The position numbers were made by a program, and so were the translations under genes. Source: Planctomycetales bacterium (GTDB taxonomy: Bacteria > 4484-113 > JAFGCY01). Taken from it: DNA of 32,000 nucleotides. Below the pieces are notes generated by a model. The model worked only from the letters and a program-made list of their open reading frames with translations. It did no database searches and was not told the DNA's origin. Every line of letters starts with the position of its first letter. Position 1 is the first letter of the stretch. Positions 9,665 through 16,282 of the stretch are shown here, one piece after another. The stretch is taken from NCBI GenBank assembly GCA_022646745.1, contig CP060262.1, positions 3,900,001 to 3,932,000 on the forward strand. The letters run 5' to 3'.

Positions 9665-9709
9665 CTGCGCATTGCGCCGGTGTTGATTAATCAGGTGATG
9701 GAACGCAGC

Positions 9710-10021
9710 TCAGCCCTTGTGGGCATTCCAGGCGTCGAAGCCGCCCTTGAGCACGTATGCGTTGTTCCAGCCTTCCCTCGTGTACTTGACTGCCCGACCG
9801 ACAGCTGACGAATCGCCATGTCAATCTCAATAGAAGACGATTTCGCGGTCGCGGTCCAGCTCGTCCTGGATCTTGACGAACTCGTACATCGGGATCGCCG
9901 GCTCGATGCGTGTCGCATTGTAGCCAGCCTCCATCATGTACGTGTTGATCACGAGGATGTCAGGGTTCTCGGCAAGCCGCTGTTTCAGCTCGCTGACCGT
10001 CATATGCTTCAGGTCTGACAT
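9710..10021 (-). CDS. Single-domain rhodanese-like sulfurtransferase interrupted by two in-frame TGA codons (9827-9829 and 9821-9823) in the active-site loop; candidate selenoprotein, alternatively a pseudogene
   Basis: One continuous frame reads MSDLKHMTVSELKQRLAENPDILV...DRDREIVFY-TGA-D-TGA-HGDSSAVGRAVKYTREGWNNAYVLKGGFDAWNAHKG-TGA, about 103 codons, which is normal rhodanese size. The HGDSS...GGFDAW spacing resembles E. coli GlpE (CYHGNSS...GGFEAW). A strong SD, AAGGAGGA, lies 6 nt upstream of the ATG at 10021. The gene sits 14 nt after the sucB stop. Confidence 0.5.
9790..9804 (-). promoter_or_regulatory. Short mRNA hairpin downstream of the two TGAs; weak SECIS-like candidate
   Basis: On the minus strand, CUGUC-GGUCG-GGCAG forms 5 bp (6 with a flanking G-U). 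It starts 16 nt after the second UGA and 22 nt after the first. The loop contains GGUC. The stem is short compared with characterised bacterial SECIS elements. Confidence 0.25.
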
Positions 10022-10035
10022 GCGGTTCCTCCTTG

Positions 10036-11253
10036 CTAGATTTCCAGTAGCATGCGTGACGGGTCCTCGATGCAGTCCTTGATGCGCCTGAGGAATGTCA
10101 CGCTTTCACGTCCGTCGATCACGCGGTGGTCATAGGTCAGCGCCACGTACATGATCGGCCGGATCTTCACCTCGCCATTGATGGCGACGGGTCGCTCGAC
10201 GATGTTGTGCAGCCCGAGGATGCCGGACTGTGGCGGGTTGAGGATAGGCGTTGACATCATTGAGCCGTACACACCACCGTTTGAGATGGTGAAGGTACCG
10301 CCCTCCAGCTCTTCGAGCTCGATGTCATTGGCCTGGGCCCGCTTCGCGAAGTCGGCGATTGCCAATTCAGTCTGGGCGAAGCTGAGCAGCTCGGCATTGC
10401 GGATCACGGGTACCACGAGGCCCTTGCCACCACCGATCGCCACGCCGATGTCGTAGTAATTGTGGTAGACCAGGTGGCCGTCATCGGTGATTTCCGCATT
10501 GACCTGCGGGAACTCCTTGAGGGCGTCGATCGCGGCCTTGGCGAAGAAGCTCATGAAGCCGAGCTTGATGCCGTACTTCTTCTCGAAGCTGTCCTTGTAG
10601 CGGTTGCGCAGTTCCATCACCGCGCTCATGTCAATCTCGTTGAAGGTCGTCAGCTGGGCGGTACCCTGCTTGCTTTCCACCAGGCGGCGCGCGATGGTCT
10701 TGCGCATCGGGCTCATGCGCACCTTCTCGACACTGCGCGGTCCCTGCGGGGCAGAGCTATCGCGGGCGGCCTCGGTGTACTTCGCCGGTGTCGCGGCCTC
10801 GGCATCCTCCTTGAGGATGCGGCCGTCCTTGCCATTGCCCTTCACATCCGCGGCATCGATGCCCTTCTGGGCAAGGATGCGCTGGGCGGAGGGCATTGCC
10901 ACTCCGGCGGAACCGTTGTCAGACTTTGATGCAGCCGGGGCTTCCTGCTTCGGAGCTTCAGCCCTGGGAGCCTCCTGCTTCGGCTGCTCCTGCGGCTTCT
11001 CGTCCGCCGGGGCCTCGGCCTCCTCCATCGTGGCAATCACCTCGCCGATCTCGCAGGGCTCGCCGGCCGGCTTGAGGATCTTCGTGATGATGCCGGAGAT
11101 CGGAGCCGGCAGCTCCATCGAGGCCTTGTCTGACTCCAGTTCACAGATGAAGTCATCCTCCTCGACGTAGTCACCTTCCTTCTTCATCCATTCAGAGACG
11201 ATCACCTCGGTCACCGACTCTCCGGCGCTCGGGATCCTGATTTCCACAGCCAT
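10036..11253 (-). CDS. sucB: Dihydrolipoyllysine-residue succinyltransferase (E2 of 2-oxoglutarate dehydrogenase)
   Basis: 405 aa. N-terminal lipoyl domain with [12 protein letters not shown], an Ala/Pro/Glu-rich linker, an E3-binding segment ([13 protein letters not shown]), and a catalytic domain ending in [18 protein letters not shown] upstream of the ATG at 11253. Confidence 0.95.
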   Translation of the reverse strand: MAVEIRIPSAGESVTEVIVSEWMKKEGDYVEEDDFICELESDKASMELPAPISGIITKILKPAGEPCEIGEVIATMEEAEAPADEKPQEQPKQEAPRAEAPKQEAPAASKSDNGSAGVAMPSAQRILAQKGIDAADVKGNGKDGRILKEDAEAATPAKYTEAARDSSAPQGPRSVEKVRMSPMRKTIARRLVESKQGTAQLTTFNEIDMSAVMELRNRYKDSFEKKYGIKLGFMSFFAKAAIDALKEFPQVNAEITDDGHLVYHNYYDIGVAIGGGKGLVVPVIRNAELLSFAQTELAIADFAKRAQANDIELEELEGGTFTISNGGVYGSMMSTPILNPPQSGILGLHNIVERPVAINGEVKIRPIMYVALTYDHRVIDGRESVTFLRRIKDCIEDPSRMLLEI

Positions 11254-11274
11254 TGCCTTTTTCTCCTTGCTTGA

Positions 11275-14100
11275 CTAGGAACCGGCCTCTTCAGCCTGCT
11301 CCCCGGTGATGGCGAAGCTGATCAGTCGCTTCTGCTCCGCCTTGTGCACGGTCTCCGATCCGCTGGCCGGGCTCGGGCTGGCCGGCCGGCTGACAACGCT
11401 GAACGGATGGCCCGCGAATTCATTGCCCCACTTAACGCGCAGGAAGCGCCAGGCACCGAAGTTCTCCGGCTCCTCCTGTACCCAGACCAGCGGGGTGCCG
11501 GCCTTGTACTTCTTCAGTTCCTTCTTGAGGCTGGCATCCGGCAGTGGATAGATCTGCTCCAGGCGCAGGATCGCCACATTGCTCAGGCCGCGTGCCTCAC
11601 GCTCGGCCTCCAGCTCGTAGTACACCTTGCCGCTGCACAGCAGGATGCGTGAGACATCACGGTCCTGGTCGGGCAGGATATCGGGCAGCACTCGCTGGAA
11701 GCGCCGCTCGGACAGGTCATCCCAGTCAGACACCACGCGCGGGTGGCGGAACAGGCTCTTCGGTGACATCACGATCAGCGGCTTGCGCCAGATGCCCTTC
11801 ACCTGGCGGCGCAGCAGGTGGAAGATCTGCGCCGGGGTAGTCACGTTGACGACCTGCATGTTGTCATTCGCACACAGGGTCAGGAAGCGCTCAAGCCTTG
11901 CGCTGGAGTGCTCACTGCCCATTCCCTCACTGCCGTGCGGCAGCAGCATCACGAGGCCGGTGAGGTACTCCCACTTCTCCTCGCAGCTTGAGATGAACTG
12001 GTCGATGATCACCTGGGCCGTGTTGACGAAGTCGCCGAACTGGGCCTCCCAGATCACGAGCGCATCCGGGTAGTCCAGGCTGTAGCCAAACTCGAAGCCG
12101 AGCACGCCGGCCTCTGACAACGGGCTGTTGTAGATCCGCACCGGGGCCTGGCCCGTCGAGACATGCTGCAAGGGGCGGTACATCTCGCCGGTCTCCTGGT
12201 CGTGGATCACGGCATAGCGGTGGGCGAAGGTGCCGCGCTCGCAGTCCTGGCCGCTCATGCGCACCGGGATGCCCTCATCCGCCAGGCTGGCGTAGGCCAG
12301 CGCCTCGGCGGCGCTCCAGTCCAGCGGGGCCTCGCCATCCAGCATCTGCTGGCGCTTGGCATTGTGCTTCACCACGTTGTCATGCGGATGGAAGCCCTCC
12401 GGCAGCCTGATGGTGGCCGCCAGCAGCTCACGCAGGCGCGGTTCCGGCACACGGGTGTCAACCTTGAACAGGTCGCTGTCCAGCCCGCCCTTGTAGTGCG
12501 CCCAGACTTCGGCCAGCGTGCCGTGAGGGCTTTCGACTTCAGGCTTCTCGTCATTCTTGAGGAGATTCAGGTCCTCGCTGAGGGTGCTGCGGCGCTCCTT
12601 GGCAATCGCCTGCGCTTCTGCGCGGGTGATGCCGTTGAGCTTGAGCAGCTTCTCCTGGTAGTTGTCCTTCACCGAGGGGTGCGCCTTGATCTGCTTGTAC
12701 ATCAGCGGCTGGGTGAGCATCGGCTCATCCTGCTCGTTGTGCCCCCAGTAGCGGAAGCAGTACATGTCGATCACCACGTCGGTCTGGAAGCGCTGGCGGT
12801 AGTCCATCGCAACGTTGACGACCTGGGCCACGGCCTCCGGGTCCTCACCGTTGACGTGGAAGATCGGCACCTCGAGCATCTTGGCGATGTCGGAGGCGTA
12901 GGTCGTCGAGCGGGAGTCCGCCGGGTCAGTGGTGAAGCCGAGCTGGTTGTTGACGATGATGTGCAGGGTGCCGCCGGTGCGGTAGCCCTTGAGCTGGCTC
13001 AGGTTGAGCGTCTCCTGCACGATGCCCTCGCCGATGAAGGCCGCGTCGCCGTGGATCATGATGCCCAGCCCGTTGCGGCGCTCGTTGTCTCCATGGCGGT
13101 CCATGTTGGCACGGACGCGGCCACTGACGACGGGATTGACAAATTCAAGGTGGCTCGGGTTGAAGCACAGTGACAGGTGCATCTCCCTGCCGTTGTCACA
13201 TTGATACTTCGTGCCGTAACCAAGGTGGTACTTCACGTCACCGCGCTTGTTCTCGTAATGCGGGTGCGTGCCCAGGAACTCCTGGAAGATCTCATAGGGG
13301 CGCTTGCCCAGCAGGTTGATCAGCACGTTCATGCGGCCGCGGTGCGACATGCCGATTATCACGCCGTTCATGTCGTTCTCGCCGGCCTTCTCGAGCGCCA
13401 TGTAGAGCAGCGGCATCAGGGTCTCGCCGCCCGAGAGCGAGAAGCTCTTCTTGCCCATGAATTTCTTGAAGATGAAGTCCTCAAGGATGGTGGCGTCGAT
13501 CAGGATCTGCAGGATCTTGCGCTGCATGGTGGCGCTCATCTCGAGCCTGTTGCGTGTGCTTTCCATGCGCTGCTCGAGCCAGTCCTGCTTCTCCGTCGAG
13601 TTGATGTGCATGAACTGCACACCGATGCTGCGACAGTAGGTCTCGCGCATCGCCTCGATGATCTCGCGCAGGGTGAGCGTATCCGGACCCGCGATCGTCT
13701 TGGAGCTGAAGCGCTTCTCCATGTCGGCTTCGGTGAAGCCGTAGTAGTCCGGGTCGAGCTCTTCGAAGTGCGGGCGCGGGCGGCCCAGCGGGTCCAGCTT
13801 GGCGATCATGTGCCCACGGACACGGAACAGGCGGACCAGCTGGTCCACGCGATCCTGCAGGTCCGCAGCCGCCATGCTGGCGCCGTTGCTGCCATGGCCA
13901 TTGCCGTTGAAGATGCTGCGCGCGGGAAAGCTCGGTCCGAGCTGGAATTCCCTGGCGCCGCTGTCCCCGTTACCCTCGAAGGACGCAAAGTACCTGCGCC
14001 AGCTCTCGGAAACGCTCTGAGGATCCCTCAGGTAGTCCTCATACAGGCCTTCCATGAAGGCCAGGCTCTGAACATCCAATGATTGGTCAGGATTATCCAT
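11275..14100 (-). CDS. sucA: 2-oxoglutarate dehydrogenase E1 component
   Basis: About 941 aa from the ATG at 14100 (MDNPDQSLDVQSLAFMEGLYEDYLRDPQSVSESWRRYF, a typical E1o N-terminus). ThDP-binding region GDAAFIGEGIVQETLNLS, and conserved blocks throughout. The upstream GTG at 14160 would add an AT-rich, atypical 20-aa extension. Confidence 0.95.
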   Translation of the reverse strand: MDNPDQSLDVQSLAFMEGLYEDYLRDPQSVSESWRRYFASFEGNGDSGAREFQLGPSFPARSIFNGNGHGSNGASMAAADLQDRVDQLVRLFRVRGHMIAKLDPLGRPRPHFEELDPDYYGFTEADMEKRFSSKTIAGPDTLTLREIIEAMRETYCRSIGVQFMHINSTEKQDWLEQRMESTRNRLEMSATMQRKILQILIDATILEDFIFKKFMGKKSFSLSGGETLMPLLYMALEKAGENDMNGVIIGMSHRGRMNVLINLLGKRPYEIFQEFLGTHPHYENKRGDVKYHLGYGTKYQCDNGREMHLSLCFNPSHLEFVNPVVSGRVRANMDRHGDNERRNGLGIMIHGDAAFIGEGIVQETLNLSQLKGYRTGGTLHIIVNNQLGFTTDPADSRSTTYASDIAKMLEVPIFHVNGEDPEAVAQVVNVAMDYRQRFQTDVVIDMYCFRYWGHNEQDEPMLTQPLMYKQIKAHPSVKDNYQEKLLKLNGITRAEAQAIAKERRSTLSEDLNLLKNDEKPEVESPHGTLAEVWAHYKGGLDSDLFKVDTRVPEPRLRELLAATIRLPEGFHPHDNVVKHNAKRQQMLDGEAPLDWSAAEALAYASLADEGIPVRMSGQDCERGTFAHRYAVIHDQETGEMYRPLQHVSTGQAPVRIYNSPLSEAGVLGFEFGYSLDYPDALVIWEAQFGDFVNTAQVIIDQFISSCEEKWEYLTGLVMLLPHGSEGMGSEHSSARLERFLTLCANDNMQVVNVTTPAQIFHLLRRQVKGIWRKPLIVMSPKSLFRHPRVVSDWDDLSERRFQRVLPDILPDQDRDVSRILLCSGKVYYELEAEREARGLSNVAILRLEQIYPLPDASLKKELKKYKAGTPLVWVQEEPENFGAWRFLRVKWGNEFAGHPFSVVSRPASPSPASGSETVHKAEQKRLISFAITGEQAEEAGS

Positions 14101-14263
14101 ATCCCGATAAGGCCAAATTCCTGATTTCCCGGCAGACAATATAAACAAAACAGCCCTCACCCGACCCTGCGGAAACAGTGTGGGTGAAGGTCAAACCTCA
14201 CCGGGATGCATACCTCTGGCTTCTGAAGTGTACCATCGGTATAAGGTGCGATATCGTGCCTTA

Positions 14264-14321
14264 GGCTAATTTAGCCAGCGTTTTTCCCTGATTGGATCTA
14301 ATGCTTAGCCAGTCTGCTAAT
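14264..14321. promoter_or_regulatory. Pair of TTAGC/GCTAA inverted repeats in the AT-rich sucA upstream region; possible operator sites
   Basis: GGCTAAtTTAGCC at 14264-14276 and TTAGCcagtctGCTAA at 14305-14320. TTAGCCAG occurs twice, at 14271-14278 and 14305-14312. Located between the hemW stop and the sucA start. Confidence 0.25.
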
Positions 14322-14339
14322 TAAAACCAGCGGGAGCCT

Positions 14340-15542
14340 TTACTCCATCTCAAGTGAGTACTGTTCACTCAGATTCAGACCCTTTGAGCGAATTTCCAGG
14401 CGGCCGGCATGGATTTCCATCAATCCACCGGTAATCCAGCGTGGATTGACCGACTGGCCGCTTAGTTCGTGGCCCAGCCGGTTGCGCAGCTGCAGGAAAC
14501 TGTCCGCCGGCGGGGCACTGGCTTTTGGATCGAGCTCCGCCATAGCCTGCCCCAGAGGATCGTCCGCACTACCGATGGATTCAATTGCGGTGTTCCAGAC
14601 GATATGGCTTTTGGGGTTGCTCACTACCGCCGTTCCAAGGCGCGAGGCACTGCCCAGTCCGAGTCCGATGTAGTCCCCGCCCTGCCAATAGCGGATGTTG
14701 TGCATGCTTTCATGACCTGGCATGGCATAGTTGTTGACTTCATAGCGGTAGTGGCCATAGCCGCGCAGCAGGCATTCCACGGCGTGCTGCTGGTACAGCA
14801 CATCCCGGTCTGAAGGGATCTGCTGCGGGTAGCGCATGGCCCAGCGTGTGTAGGCGGTATGCGGCTCAGGTACCAGCCAATAGGCGGAGAAATGCGGCGG
14901 GCGGAATTCAAGCAGCCTGCGGCCACTTTCCAGCAATGTGCCGACACTCTGGTTGGGCAGGCCGTAGATCAGGTCGAAGCTGTAGTTGCGGATCGGACCA
15001 TCCGCCACCATCTCCAGCACCGGAACCGTCTCGGCCCAGCGGTGGGTGCGCCCCATGAACTTCAGCAGGCGGTCGTTTGAGGACTGGATGCCGATTGACA
15101 GCCGGTTAACGCCGGACTCGTGCATCGCTGCCAGTTTCTCCTGGTCAAGTGTGTCCGGATTGGCTTCGCAGGAGAATTCGACAGGGCCCCCTGCGGTAGG
15201 GAAACTGCTCATCAGTTCGCTGGCAATCCGTGCCAGGTCTGCCGCCGGGAGCATTGTCGGAGTACCGCCACCGATGAAGATGCTGTCCACGCGACGGCCA
15301 GTGCCTGCCAGTCTTGCCGTCAACCAGGCCCCGCGCGCTTCGATCTCGCGCAGCAGGCTGGATTCGTAACTGGCCTCGTCCAATCCCCTGGGGCGCTTCG
15401 GGCCGAACTTGAGGAAGTCGCAGTAGGTACAGATCGCCGGACAGAACGGGATGTGAACGTACACACCGAGGTTGCGTCTGAGCGCGGTGATGTCCCAGTT
15501 GCGCCACGGCCGGCGGATGCGCACGAATCTTGCCACCCGCAT
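14340..15542 (-). CDS. hemW: Radical SAM heme chaperone HemW / oxygen-independent coproporphyrinogen-III oxidase-like protein
   Basis: 400 aa. VYVHIPFCPAICTYCDF contains the CxxxCxxC radical-SAM cluster motif. IFIGGGTP and RLSIGIQS are characteristic of the HemN/HemW family. C-terminal HemN_C-like region. Confidence 0.8.
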   Translation of the reverse strand: MRVARFVRIRRPWRNWDITALRRNLGVYVHIPFCPAICTYCDFLKFGPKRPRGLDEASYESSLLREIEARGAWLTARLAGTGRRVDSIFIGGGTPTMLPAADLARIASELMSSFPTAGGPVEFSCEANPDTLDQEKLAAMHESGVNRLSIGIQSSNDRLLKFMGRTHRWAETVPVLEMVADGPIRNYSFDLIYGLPNQSVGTLLESGRRLLEFRPPHFSAYWLVPEPHTAYTRWAMRYPQQIPSDRDVLYQQHAVECLLRGYGHYRYEVNNYAMPGHESMHNIRYWQGGDYIGLGLGSASRLGTAVVSNPKSHIVWNTAIESIGSADDPLGQAMAELDPKASAPPADSFLQLRNRLGHELSGQSVNPRWITGGLMEIHAGRLEIRSKGLNLSEQYSLEME

Positions 15543-16281
15543 GTATTACCATACTGCCATGCGCTGGCTGGTGCTTTGCACGCTGCTCCTGCTTGTCCCG
15601 GTCAGGTCCGAGGCCCGTTCCGAGCGCGTGAAATTCACCCTGACTGAAATCTGGCCACGGGACTGGATTGGCGAGGAAGTGGCTGACTACCGCACTGAGC
15701 GCTTCTTCGAAGGCATCGACTGGCAACTCGGGACTGTGTCCCGTGGGGACGGGGACGTGATGAACGGCGGATTCACCGTGGTGCATCCCTACCAGGTCCA
15801 GCCCTTCTCTCTGCGCCACTGCTTCGTGCTGGCAGCCTTCGAGCTTAATCCGCGCGGCTACATGCTCGTGACGATCCGGGATCCCGAATATTACTGGCCT
15901 GAATACAACGTTGCTGATTCCATCGTGGACCCGATTGAGCTTGTCTGGTATGACGAGGACTGGCAGGAGGAGTCGCATACGGTGCTCAGTTTCCCGGAGG
16001 GCTCCTATCCCGACAACTTCGTGCTGAGCCCGGACCGCCGCAGCCTGCTGGCCATCACCCATCCGATCACCGCTGAAGGCGAGCTGGCCGGCGAGGGCCA
16101 GGGCATCCGCCTGATCGACCTGCGCAGTGGCGTGGTGGATGATGTCTGGTTGCCCGAGGTGGATGGCTTTGGCAACCTGCCGACCGGCTGGTGGCCGGTG
16201 AAGATGCGCTGGGGCCGCAACAACAGCCTCGAGGTGCAGGCCGGCGCTGAGCTGCGCGTGTACCATATGCGCTGGGAGTGA
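15541..16281 (+). CDS. Hypothetical secreted protein (signal peptide), coupled to the downstream SpoIID-domain gene
   Basis: MYYHTAMRWLVLCTLLLLVPVRSEA is a Sec-type signal peptide. An alternative start is the ATG at 15559. The track's 15472 start would overlap hemW by 71 nt. The stop at 16279-16281 lies 1 nt before the next ATG. I recognised no family. Confidence 0.6.
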   Translation: MYYHTAMRWLVLCTLLLLVPVRSEARSERVKFTLTEIWPRDWIGEEVADYRTERFFEGIDWQLGTVSRGDGDVMNGGFTVVHPYQVQPFSLRHCFVLAAFELNPRGYMLVTIRDPEYYWPEYNVADSIVDPIELVWYDEDWQEESHTVLSFPEGSYPDNFVLSPDRRSLLAITHPITAEGELAGEGQGIRLIDLRSGVVDDVWLPEVDGFGNLPTGWWPVKMRWGRNNSLEVQAGAELRVYHMRWE

Positions 16282-16282
16282 G

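Noticed and set aside
8478-9686. 402-aa plus-strand ORF antisense to lpdA
   Set aside because: It lies entirely within lpdA, which has unambiguous FAD, NAD and disulfide motifs. Its composition is Ala/Leu/Asp/His/Arg-rich and low in information, with no motifs. This is the typical shadow ORF of a high-GC gene.
9821-9829. Global TGA reassignment (genetic code 4 or 25) as the explanation for the in-frame TGAs in the rhodanese ORF
   Set aside because: Well-supported genes in the same window terminate at TGA at the expected protein ends (both ABC subunits, the HAD gene, the SpoIID-domain gene, the kinase, P1). TGA therefore functions as a stop here. The high GC content also argues against code 4/25 lineages.
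9691-9918. 75-aa minus-strand ORF in the track spanning the rhodanese loop region
   Set aside because: It is in a different frame from both conserved rhodanese halves. Its translation (SSIEIDMAIRQLSVGQSSTRGKAG...) has no family resemblance. It is a by-product of the high-GC sequence.
12163-14082. 336-aa and 301-aa plus-strand ORFs antisense to sucA
   Set aside because: They are shadow ORFs opposite a strongly conserved E1o gene, with no start context or motifs.
14101-14160. Upstream GTG start for sucA (961-aa version in the track)
   Set aside because: The extra 20 residues (MRAVLFILSAGKSGIWPYRD) are encoded by AT-rich, intergenic-looking sequence. MDNPDQSL...LYEDYLRDP matches typical E1o N-termini.
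15472-15540. Longer start for the secreted hypothetical gene
   Set aside because: It would overlap the 5' end of hemW on the opposite strand by 71 nt and would place 23-29 non-signal residues before the signal peptide.
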